Source: Amoeboaphelidium occidentale
Lineage: Eukaryota
DNA: 64,000 nt
Assembly: GCA_023515795.1 (NCBI GenBank)
Contig: JALGPX010000008.1
Coordinates: 1-64,000, forward strand
Reading direction: 5' to 3'
Part shown: one piece after another, positions 31,633 through 41,020 of the stretch
How positions within the stretch are numbered: the first letter of the stretch is position 1
Layout of the letters: every line of letters begins with the position of its first letter
The notes under the pieces: model-generated
Database searches by the model: none
What the model was told of the DNA's origin: nothing
The model's input: the letters and a program-made list of their open reading frames with translations, nothing else
Position numbers and translations under genes: made by a program

Positions 31633-34032
31633 TTATGGCTGAAAGTGGATTCTTTGGTCAAGCGGATTCATACTAGCAGCTCTAGAGCGCGCGTATCCAT
31701 CAAAATTGTACCACGGACCACAAGCGCATGGATATTCTTCAACGAGAGATGATGCCCTCTCCTTGTAATCACCGTCACGCATCCAGCAAGAATAAACATT
31801 GCTTATCGATAGTTTGAACGGCCGTCGAGATAAGAGCTCTTTGATGAAAATATCAGCTTTTTTGTGAATGATAAAGTTTCGATTATCTGCTTCGGAATAG
31901 AGTTTGCACAACGGATAGCTACTAGGAAACATCTTGAGTAGAAGTGATAAGTGCGTGCACAACTCCAGATTTGTAATCAGACCAAGTTCGAATACGAGTT
32001 GTAAAACAAAGGCAAACTGAGTCGAATGAATTTCACCAATTAAACGATCGTCAAGAGTAGATGATATTGGTTGGTAAAATTTCTTCAACAAATCATGAAT
32101 GTTATCCTTGTTTACCCGCAGCACCAGTTGCAAAAACCTCAAATCTAAATACTGCCCAAGTTTGTCAAGTGAGTCAATTCTACCGAGAGTTTCCAGAGCG
32201 TCCTCAAGATGATTCCGGGCTTCAACTTCAGAAGAGATTCCCATAATTTGAGCAATATTGCTGCAGTTGAACTGTTTTAATCCTGAAAGCCCTCGCTTTA
32301 CAAGTATCCTACGGATTCCAAAATCTTTAGGATCCACATCGTAATCATCCAATGAGTACCACCATTTTAACAGATTATTAGAGCTTGATTCTATCAACTT
32401 TTTACCTAACTCATGATCTTTCAGTTTAAAATATAAAGCTGCAACCCATATAATGTTTTCATCGTTCTTGCTTAAGCCATAGCGGAAACATACCGAAAAT
32501 ACAGGACTAAAGTCAANATCCACATCGTAATCATCCAATGAGTACCACCATTTTAACAGATTATTAGAGCTTGATTCTATCAACTTTTTACCACACTCAT
32601 GATCTTTCAGTTTAAAGTATAAAGCTGCAACCCATATAATGTTTTCATCGTTCTTGCTTAAGCCATAGCGGAAACATACCGAAAATACAGGACTAAAGTC
32701 AAGCATCATATCTCCCTCTTTGCGTTGAATAAAATAACCTCTTAGAATCAAATCTTTGAAACAGGAGCATGAACAGCTTGATACAAACAATCCTTCAATG
32801 TCATAACCATCCACTAAACAAGCATCATCACTTAAATCAGAAGAATAGCAGGGTACAGATATCCCACAGAAGAATCGCAGCATAAAAATTAAGCAGTCAA
32901 GAATTGTGTCAGGATCTCGAAACAGAAACATCGAAAAGTCGCTGAAGAGTATAACATCATCAGGTAAATCTTCCCCTTCTGTATTTACAGCCTTTACAAT
33001 TTTCAAAGTCTTTCTTACAGATCCTGATATTTCTACTTCAGAACACCATTGATGGAAAATATCTTCATCAGAATCGAATAAATCCTCCAATTCAGTCATT
33101 AGGTCATGACCATTCTTCGTTAAAGATAATGCGATTTGGCACTGTAGAAGAGATAAAGAGCCGCTAAACTGACCAGCTTTAAACTCCAAAGCTGCAACTC
33201 TTAGCAAAAGCCGAAGATTCCGTTGGATTGATGCTGCGTGTTCATATTCTTGCTTAACGTTTTCAAGACTGTAATCGTATGAGCACCATTCCAAGTAAAG
33301 CATTCTTGTCTGTAATGAAATGAACTTGTCTGTATTTTCCATGAAATACGAAAACTTTTCTCTTATGGAAGCATGTGTTACTTCTGTACGCCAAAACAAT
33401 CGCAAATATCTCTCGACCAGAAGCCAAACAAGACAGTTATCTTTGCATGATACCAAACATGACCGTAGGCCTCTGTCTAAAATCTCCAGTTGACGTTCCC
33501 ATAGTTCAGCATCATTCTTGAACAGCTTGACGCCTTCATTACCCTGGAATCCTTTCAAGAAAACATCAGAAACATTCCCGTTACGTAAAAATCGCTTTTG
33601 GTAGTCGACAAGTTCTAACCATTTAAGAGCATCACCAGGATTCCGTGAAACATGAGCGTGCAGAGCTTTCTGTTGCAGTAGAATCGAATTGAACGATACT
33701 TGCTCATCAGACTCTTCACTTTCCAGTGGTACAAAGTCACCTTTCTCTAAATAAGACGGAGCTACTGCAGAATATTTGTGATCATCTTCCTTGGATGCCT
33801 CCTTTGCCTCTTTCAACGCTGGTCTAAAGTTGAACAATGGAACATTATTAGGTCTTTCATATCTCAAATTGTCATAATCTGGCCTTCTGTCAAAGTAAAA
33901 ACTGTCTGCTTTCTTATGATCATTCCTTTTTACCAGCGCTGTAGATTTCTCGCTCCTCCGCTTAACGACAGACATCTCCTGCTTCTCGTTAGCTTTGCTC
34001 GGCAATCCCGGAAACGTCCCAAACGACTTCAT
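31633..34032 (-). CDS. NRDE2: NRDE2/Nrl1-like nuclear RNA-silencing/splicing factor (divergent)
   Basis: FYFDRRPDYDNLRY, NPGDALKWLELVDYQ and LEILDRGL motifs; contains an in-frame 186-nt artefactual duplication at the n at 32517. Confidence 0.7.
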   Translation of the reverse strand: MKSFGTFPGLPSKANEKQEMSVVKRRSEKSTALVKRNDHKKADSFYFDRRPDYDNLRYERPNNVPLFNFRPALKEAKEASKEDDHKYSAVAPSYLEKGDFVPLESEESDEQVSFNSILLQQKALHAHVSRNPGDALKWLELVDYQKRFLRNGNVSDVFLKGFQGNEGVKLFKNDAELWERQLEILDRGLRSCLVSCKDNCLVWLLVERYLRLFWRTEVTHASIREKFSYFMENTDKFISLQTRMLYLEWCSYDYSLENVKQEYEHAASIQRNLRLLLRVAALEFKAGQFSGSLSLLQCQIALSLTKNGHDLMTELEDLFDSDEDIFHQWCSEVEISGSVRKTLKIVKAVNTEGEDLPDDVILFSDFSMFLFRDPDTILDCLIFMLRFFCGISVPCYSSDLSDDACLVDGYDIEGLFVSSCSCSCFKDLILRGYFIQRKEGDMMLDFSPVFSVCFRYGLSKNDENIIWVAALYFKLKDHECGKKLIESSSNNLLKWWYSLDDYDVDXDFSPVFSVCFRYGLSKNDENIIWVAALYFKLKDHELGKKLIESSSNNLLKWWYSLDDYDVDPKDFGIRRILVKRGLSGLKQFNCSNIAQIMGISSEVEARNHLEDALETLGRIDSLDKLGQYLDLRFLQLVLRVNKDNIHDLLKKFYQPISSTLDDRLIGEIHSTQFAFVLQLVFELGLITNLELCTHLSLLLKMFPSSYPLCKLYSEADNRNFIIHKKADIFIKELLSRRPFKLSISNVYSCWMRDGDYKERASSLVEEYPCACGPWYNFDGYARSRAASMNPLDQRIHFQP

Positions 34033-34145
34033 CTGATCATCCCAAGGAAAGAATTAATGATCATGTTCCGGAAACTTATGATCATTGTAAATGAACATAT
34101 TCCGGAGGTATTGTACCACAGGAATTGAATTGTAATTGATTTTTG

Positions 34146-34601
34146 ATGTCTGATCAAGATCTGCTTCAGGATACCGCGAAGAAGGAACGCATAATATCAT
34201 TGGCTTCTGTAGCAATATTTACAGGAAGTCTTGGCCTTACAATATTTTTTAAGTTACGACGGAAACCTTTGCCTTTTACGGCTAATAAAGATGTGACTAC
34301 AATAGAATCGCCGTTTAATCTCGCAATCAAGGCATTTGGTTATGGGACAGCTCTGTGTTTATCGACTGCGTTCATAATTGGCTACGGAGTTTCGCGATAT
34401 TTAGGCGTTAATAGTCTAAAGGAATTCGCTGTGAAGATAAAAGCAACGAGTGATAAGGTGAATGAATACGGAAAGCAGAGTGTGCCCTCGCTAAATCTGC
34501 CACAGGAACAGAGGGCGGATGGTGCACCATCAGAAGAAGAGCAGGAGAAGCAGTTTATTGAAATATTTAGCAGCAGTGCAGAAGATGAAGAGGTTTCTTG
34601 A
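34146..34601 (+). CDS. TMEM242/Aim11-like mitochondrial membrane protein
   Basis: LAIKAFGYGTALC...LGVNSLKEF motif; two TM segments. Confidence 0.65.
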   Translation: MSDQDLLQDTAKKERIISLASVAIFTGSLGLTIFFKLRRKPLPFTANKDVTTIESPFNLAIKAFGYGTALCLSTAFIIGYGVSRYLGVNSLKEFAVKIKATSDKVNEYGKQSVPSLNLPQEQRADGAPSEEEQEKQFIEIFSSSAEDEEVS

Positions 34602-34661
34602 TCAACTTCTGTTGTTTTGTGTCCGTAACGTGTCCAATAAACCGCTTTAATCCTTCATAAG

Positions 34662-35723
34662 ATGCTTCAGCTGGACAGTTACATTGCGAACTTAATTGAA
34701 AAGAGAGAAATACTTCCAGAGGAGACCATTAAGGAAATATGTGAGAAGCTTAAAGAAGTTATGGCACAGGAATCTAATGTGCTTCACATCCAAGCGCCTG
34801 TAACAGTTGTTGGGGATGTGCATGGACAGTTCTATGATGTTGTGGAGATATTTCGAATTGGCGGCTTTGCGCCTGATACAAATTATCTGTTCCTTGGAGA
34901 CTACGTCGATCGAGGCTTTCACAGTGTCGAGACGATGACGCTTTTGGCTTGTCTCAAGCTAAGATATCCACACAGAGTGACGCTGCTTCGAGGTAATCAT
35001 GAGTCGAGAGCTGTTACGCAAGTTTATGGTTTTTATAATGAGTGCATGCGTAAGTACGGAAGTGTTAAGGTGTGGCAGTACTTTACAGACATGTTTGATT
35101 ATATGACGCTCTCGGTAATTATTGATAACTCGTTGTTCTGCACACATGGAGGATTATCGCCTTCGATATCATGCATTAATCAAATCAAAGTTTTGGATAG
35201 ATTTAAAGGTATATGAAGGAATTCTTGTTTTGTGCTCAAGTTTGTAGAAATACCTCATGAAGGTCCAATAGCTGATTTAATGTGGAGTGATCCTGACGCA
35301 GAGAAGGAAGATTTTGCAATGAGCCCTCGGTACCTTTCAAATTTTTATGCGTTTAATTTTTAGAGGGGCTGGTTACACATATGGTTCTGATGTCGTTCGA
35401 TTCTTTTGTGAAGCAAATCAAGTAGATCATATTCTCAGGGCTCATCAGTTGTGCATGGAAGGTTACCAAGTACTCTTTGATGAAAAGCTTTCTACTGTAT
35501 GGAGTGCTCCGAATTATTGTTACAGATGCGGAAATTTAGCAAGTGTTTTAGAGATTGGGCCTGCACCAACATTGAAACGATTCTTCAATGTATTCGATGC
35601 TGCTCCAGAGAATTTGCGAGAAAGCAATGAAACGAAGGGGAACGCTTCACCAGAAAATGCGGTAAGTTCTCATATGTCTGAATTAATTCTTAGGAACGGG
35701 CAGAAAATCAATACTTCTTGTAA
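34662..35723 (+). CDS. PPG1: PP2A-like Ser/Thr phosphatase (Ppg1 type)
   Basis: GDVHGQ, GDYVDRG, RGNHE and [11 protein letters not shown] motifs. Introns 35209-35247, 35330-35363 and 35662-35693 restore the conserved C-terminal YFL*. Confidence 0.9.
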
Positions 35724-35761
35724 TCTTTGTCATTTAGTAAATATATCGTTTTTGCTTGTGC

Positions 35762-37861
35762 TCATAATTGGAAATCGACCCCACTACAAATTTTGTCTCC
35801 AGCGCGCAATAGGTTTTGTAATTCAAATGCGATATCATTCTTCAAACTTCTTTCATGTGTGAAATGTGATTTGGTTGAGCCAGAGTACGATGATGCATTA
35901 TCTGTGGACTTTGCAGATGAAACTTCTCTTAATTTTCCAGAACGGCTAGTTTCATATCCAAACATGAAGCTTTCTAACAGCTTATTCAACTTCTTATTTT
36001 TCAAAGACAATTCATGGCTAACTACTGTCTTTGTCTTCTGCGATATATGCTCATCTTGAGCCTTCAAGTGTGCCGGCTCATCAATGTAAGTGTGCGACTG
36101 GTATACTCTTTGCAAACTAGCTTTGATGGATTCTTTGTAATAGTGTGATTTTTGTTTGACTCTGAAACAAGAATCCGTGACATTGCACATGACAGGATAA
36201 TCCAAATTCACTTGTCCAGCTTCGACTTTGACCCGCATAGAGTCGCAAATGGACATTATTTTCTCTGGAACTTCATTCGCATTACATTCATACTTTGCAG
36301 TGACTCTGATTCTAAAGTCAAACATATTATTTGGATGCATGAACGTAACAACGATAGGCTTAAACTTTTTCGACAAAACACCGACGACAGCTACATCTCC
36401 ATTCTTGTCTGCGTGAATTTTAGTCATAACCTTGTCTTTGGTCTCCAAGTCTTTCCAGTAGACATCGATTGGAATCTGGGAATGTTTTGACCTCTTTTCG
36501 TATCCTTCTTCCTTCAAGAAACTCTCTGTGTTGCGCATTACATCTCCACTAAGTTTATCATGAAATCTTGAACCTGAAAATACATCTGACATAAATTTGC
36601 TGTAAGGCCTCAAACAGGCATCAGGCAACTGAAACTGTGAAGGCAAATGACTTCCTCGTTCCAACCTGAATGCCTGCTTTCCAAATGACAATTCTACACG
36701 CAAACCAGAAAAACGCCTTTCAGAAGCCAATTCTGCGAACTTTGTAATTGTACCCAAGAGTTCAGATAGCAACTCCATTTGAGGTTTCCTGCAGAACGCC
36801 ATCGTGCTTGTCATCCAATTGAAAGAAATGCAATTCAAGAAATTTCCGGAAGAGCTCTTTTGGACTTCTTCCTCAGTCCTGGTATCATCCAGATCTGCTA
36901 TGACACCCAACAGGTGCGCATCAATTTTTTTAAAGTAGCTGATATCAATAACGGCCTTCGATGGAAATGGTCGGGAAAATATCAAATGCGAAACCTGTGG
37001 ACCATTCGCCATGTGGTTTTCAAGCAGCTGGCGTAGTTCTTGCTCAATAAGAAATCTTGCCTTTTGTCTTTCTTTACCGTTTCCCTTGATATTAACAAAC
37101 GCAGCAGTTGTTTCCTCGTCGATCTCGCACACAGCACCACTTTGAGCATTGATACGCTTGATTGTGCATCCTCCTTTACCAATTAACTTTGAAACTGCAG
37201 AGCTAGGAATGCGTATGCGCTCTGTTCGAGTATCTTCCAGCGAATACTTCAAACGATCGCCAAGTAAAATCTTTGCCTTCAGTCTAGCCTCGAATGAACC
37301 TCTGATGTATAGCAAACCAAATAGAGAGCACCTGCTTTCAACGGTACACTTTGCCCCGCTCCAAATCTCGAGCTCTTGCAATTCACAACCATTCGTTCCT
37401 ATGAATGCTCCCAGAAGCGCCACAGGCAATATTTGGAACTCGACAGCTTCATCTTCTTTCTTGTACAGGACTTGTTGCACAGCTACGCGAACATATGATA
37501 AGCCGCTTGATGGTCCGAGTATGCGTAAACAGTTCTGATCATCGTCGTAACGGATTCTTGTATTGCTTGCTTCCTCCAGCAACTTTAAATTCTCCAAGAT
37601 TATATTCTTTGCGCTCTCCGACAAGAAAATCTCGTCTTCTTTGTAAGGCTCTAATTGCATTTTTGTTGGCATCGCAACTGCCAGCGACATTTCTTGAAGA
37701 TTCGAATCTTTCCGTGGCTTAGCGGTTTCAACGTTTTTGAGTCTGGTAATCTCTAAATCAGCGATTATTTCGTTGATATCATAATAAGCCCTCGGAGACC
37801 GGCAGTCTACCCGTCCAGCTTTGCTCTGCCCTCTTGACCTTCGTGGAATGTTTGATTGCAT
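35762..37861 (-). CDS. KH-domain protein with a C-terminal CYTH/Cet1-like domain
   Basis: KH GxxG loops FIGTNG and LIGKGG; C-terminal motif order resembles triphosphate tunnel enzymes. Confidence 0.7.
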   Translation of the reverse strand: MQSNIPRRSRGQSKAGRVDCRSPRAYYDINEIIADLEITRLKNVETAKPRKDSNLQEMSLAVAMPTKMQLEPYKEDEIFLSESAKNIILENLKLLEEASNTRIRYDDDQNCLRILGPSSGLSYVRVAVQQVLYKKEDEAVEFQILPVALLGAFIGTNGCELQELEIWSGAKCTVESRCSLFGLLYIRGSFEARLKAKILLGDRLKYSLEDTRTERIRIPSSAVSKLIGKGGCTIKRINAQSGAVCEIDEETTAAFVNIKGNGKERQKARFLIEQELRQLLENHMANGPQVSHLIFSRPFPSKAVIDISYFKKIDAHLLGVIADLDDTRTEEEVQKSSSGNFLNCISFNWMTSTMAFCRKPQMELLSELLGTITKFAELASERRFSGLRVELSFGKQAFRLERGSHLPSQFQLPDACLRPYSKFMSDVFSGSRFHDKLSGDVMRNTESFLKEEGYEKRSKHSQIPIDVYWKDLETKDKVMTKIHADKNGDVAVVGVLSKKFKPIVVTFMHPNNMFDFRIRVTAKYECNANEVPEKIMSICDSMRVKVEAGQVNLDYPVMCNVTDSCFRVKQKSHYYKESIKASLQRVYQSHTYIDEPAHLKAQDEHISQKTKTVVSHELSLKNKKLNKLLESFMFGYETSRSGKLREVSSAKSTDNASSYSGSTKSHFTHERSLKNDIAFELQNLLRAGDKICSGVDFQL

Positions 37862-37958
37862 GATCACGTGACAGCATGCTTTCAATCAGAAACTTGCGAG
37901 TATGATATCATGTTCCAACTCTGATATTTCTGTGTGCTCTTCTCTCTCTTAGTCAACT

Positions 37959-39752
37959 ATGAAGTTTATTGAAATTCCGCCTGATACTTCGCTTGTTCAG
38001 AACCCTTTCATGAGTGATAGTCCAAGATCAGGCAGTGATGATTTGTTGTATGGTTTGGACATGAACTCAAACGATGAAGATGAAAAGAAAGCGATTTTGT
38101 TTTATTCACTGTGTGAAGCTACAAGAGCTGGACGTCTTGATAAGGTCAGATATCTTGTTGAAGTGGAAAAGGTACCTCTGAACCGAAGAGATTGTTGGGA
38201 TAGTTCTCCCTTGTATTACAGTTGTCTTTGTGGTCATAAGAATCTGGTAACTTATCTACTGGAGAATGGAGCTCGTTGTGAGCCGAACACATTTGAAGCT
38301 GAGAGGTGTCTTTACGGTGCTCTTACTGACGAAATACGTTCCATGCTCAAAACTTACAACTTCACAAAGGCTGTGGATAATTTACAGCCATACGCAGCTT
38401 TCATGTACAAGCTGTACTACAGGGCTGATGAGTATTTTCATGACGTCACTTTCAGAGTGTATGATCGTAAGGAGGACAGATTATATGAAATCAATGCACA
38501 TCGCTGCGTGATGGCAACCCGCAGTCCGTACTTTCGCAGAGAATTCTTGAGGAGATGGAGAAATCAGAGTGTTATTAATGTTAATCATAGACGCTTCCGG
38601 GTGTCATGCTTTAAACTGGTTTTGATGTGGATGTACTTGGGACGAATTGAGTTTGGTCTATTGGGTTCAAATGGCAAGAATGTTGGAGCAGAGGAATTAA
38701 ATGACCTTCTGATCATGTGTAAATCATGGAAATTAGTTGCTTTGGAGTCCTCCATAAGAAGCATGATGGAACTCACAGATGATCCTTTTGATAACTCAGG
38801 CAATTCAAGATCTTTACGGTATACGAGACAAGGCGCTCACGTTGGTCTAGAATCTGTGCAAGACGATATGGCTAAATTAATCAAACCTTTATCAGACAAC
38901 AGAACACACCTCACAGTTATGTCGCTATCTAGCTCTGTTTTTGCGGATGTTATCCTAAAAATTGGCAATTTCTTCTTTCCTGCTCACAAATCTGTGCTAA
39001 CAGGTCAGTCTGAATACTTTCAGGCAATGTTTAGTAGTAATTTCAGTCCTATTGGTGATTTGGAAGGCTTTGAAAATGTATCTTCTGAAAAGAACTCATT
39101 GCCTACTTTGCCGATTGTGAACATGAACGACATTGATGACCAACTAACCGCTGATACCTTCAAGTTGGTCATGGAATACGTGTATTCAGATCGCGTTTCA
39201 ATACCCTCAGAGAAGATATCTTCAGCGTATGATCTTTTGTTTGTTAGTGATATGCTGCTTTTGGATAAACTGAAATCATTGAGCGTTGTTGTTCTGTGTG
39301 GATTGTTGAGCTCTTTTACGGAACAATCCAGAAATACTGTCTTTGATGGCAGGCTGCGACCAAGTACTGTTGACATGGATGTTTCTATTTTTGAAATTAC
39401 AAGAGCAGCTATGGACCTTCATATTGATCGTTTAGAACAACATTGTATTCAGTTTCTAGCGTTCTTTTTTGATGAGCTATCTCATCACGATGAATTCAAG
39501 GATTTGATAAAGTACAGCGCAGATTCTATCAAGTCAAGACAAGAAGTCGATTCCATTCCTTTCGTAGATGATTTGTATTGGCACCTGATGAATACGGATA
39601 ATTACGACTACGAGAAGATGAAGCGTTCTCGAGCTGTGAAGATTGATAACGATAAAGAAGACTCTTCGGGTTTCTTAAATGTCAATGAGCTGGACAAGAT
39701 ACGAAAGATCAAGGAGCTAGAAGATATCGTAGAAAATCTTAATCTTCATTAA
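37959..39752 (+). CDS. ABTB1: Ankyrin-repeat and BTB/POZ protein (ABTB1/Btb3)
   Basis: WDSSPLYYSCLCGH, NTFEAERCLYGAL, two BTB domains (AHRCVM, AHKSVL) and RQEVDSIPFVDDL. Confidence 0.92.
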   Translation: MKFIEIPPDTSLVQNPFMSDSPRSGSDDLLYGLDMNSNDEDEKKAILFYSLCEATRAGRLDKVRYLVEVEKVPLNRRDCWDSSPLYYSCLCGHKNLVTYLLENGARCEPNTFEAERCLYGALTDEIRSMLKTYNFTKAVDNLQPYAAFMYKLYYRADEYFHDVTFRVYDRKEDRLYEINAHRCVMATRSPYFRREFLRRWRNQSVINVNHRRFRVSCFKLVLMWMYLGRIEFGLLGSNGKNVGAEELNDLLIMCKSWKLVALESSIRSMMELTDDPFDNSGNSRSLRYTRQGAHVGLESVQDDMAKLIKPLSDNRTHLTVMSLSSSVFADVILKIGNFFFPAHKSVLTGQSEYFQAMFSSNFSPIGDLEGFENVSSEKNSLPTLPIVNMNDIDDQLTADTFKLVMEYVYSDRVSIPSEKISSAYDLLFVSDMLLLDKLKSLSVVVLCGLLSSFTEQSRNTVFDGRLRPSTVDMDVSIFEITRAAMDLHIDRLEQHCIQFLAFFFDELSHHDEFKDLIKYSADSIKSRQEVDSIPFVDDLYWHLMNTDNYDYEKMKRSRAVKIDNDKEDSSGFLNVNELDKIRKIKELEDIVENLNLH

Positions 39753-39841
39753 TCTTCAGTAACTTGAATAGAATCTGTGACAAGATCTGTTTGATCAAAC
39801 AACTTTGTTTCACTTTCCTCTCAAAGATTTTGGAAATAGAT

Positions 39842-40912
39842 ATGTCTATTCTTCTAAACGGATTGTACATATTTGGCTGGTACTTTTTTGCGACCTGTCT
39901 GAGTGTTTTGAACAAGCACATGGTCAGTCATGAACTTATGAACATACCGTTTCCATTACTAACATCTTCAATACATTCAGCAATGAACTGGATCTTGGCA
40001 GCGATATGTTTTAAATTACTTTTCCGAGGGATATTTGAAGGTTCATCTCATAAGTTATCCACGATATCGCCCAAAGTATATTTCTTACGGATTTTCCCAG
40101 TAGCAATCACTTCAGCGCTGGATATTGGTCTATCGAATGCATCTCTAAGGTTCATATCACTATCAATGTATACCATGGTCAAAAGCACAGTTAGCTTATG
40201 GGCACTCATATTTGCTTTCATTTTTGGGCTAGAGAGACCGAGCATATCGCACTTCATGATCATCATCCTGATTGTTTCAGGAGCAGCTATAACTTTCTCT
40301 GGAGAAATCGATTTAAACTACACAGGCCTGGCAATTATAACGCTGGCCACCGCGATCAGTGGCCTGCGATGGGTTCTCACTCAAGTTGTGTTACAAAAGA
40401 AAACTCTAGGGCTTGATCACCCTGTCATCACAATCTATTACCTTTCACCAATAATGTTTGTGGCTCTGCTATGCATGTCATTGTTATTTGAGAGCGGACA
40501 TGCTAGTCTGTTTCAGTCTATTCATACTAGGGATATTGTAGAAAGTCAAGTCGCATCTGACGAGTATTTCCATCACGAGACAAAGCCAGCCATCTTGTTT
40601 GGTTTAATGTCACTTGGTGGAGTACTTGCATTTTTTATGACAATGTCGGAGTTCTCCTTGATATCAGCAACCTCTGTTGTTACTCTTTGTATCGCTGGAA
40701 TCTGCAAAGAACTTCTAACGATTTTTGTTGCAATGATTGTTTACAAGGATGCTATGACTCCAATGAAGTGGTTAGGCCTGGTAATTACCGTTACAGGAAT
40801 ATTGATTTACAATTTAATTCGGTCGCATAAACATAACAATTCTAACGATAATCACAGACAATACAGAATTCTGGTAGATGAAACGGTTCTACCGACCAAC
40901 AAAGCTACGTAA
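39842..40912 (+). CDS. Nucleotide-sugar/TPT family transporter (SLC35C2/Ymd8-like)
   Basis: FPLLTSSIH, LDIGLSNASL, YTMVKST, SGLRWVLTQ and GICKEL motifs; about 10 TM segments. Confidence 0.88.
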   Translation: MSILLNGLYIFGWYFFATCLSVLNKHMVSHELMNIPFPLLTSSIHSAMNWILAAICFKLLFRGIFEGSSHKLSTISPKVYFLRIFPVAITSALDIGLSNASLRFISLSMYTMVKSTVSLWALIFAFIFGLERPSISHFMIIILIVSGAAITFSGEIDLNYTGLAIITLATAISGLRWVLTQVVLQKKTLGLDHPVITIYYLSPIMFVALLCMSLLFESGHASLFQSIHTRDIVESQVASDEYFHHETKPAILFGLMSLGGVLAFFMTMSEFSLISATSVVTLCIAGICKELLTIFVAMIVYKDAMTPMKWLGLVITVTGILIYNLIRSHKHNNSNDNHRQYRILVDETVLPTNKAT

Positions 40913-41020
40913 ATAAGAGACCATGTTTGATCATACTCAATAGATTTAATTTCGTTGCAGATGTTCTCATGTCCGATTACAAATGTGGCGCAATTTTCTT
41001 TCAGACAACCAGAAGCCGCG

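Noticed and set aside
32332..32702. 62-aa internal tandem repeat in NRDE2
   Set aside because: The two copies are separated by an n and follow the same pattern as the other gap-flanking allelic duplications, so this is an assembly artefact.
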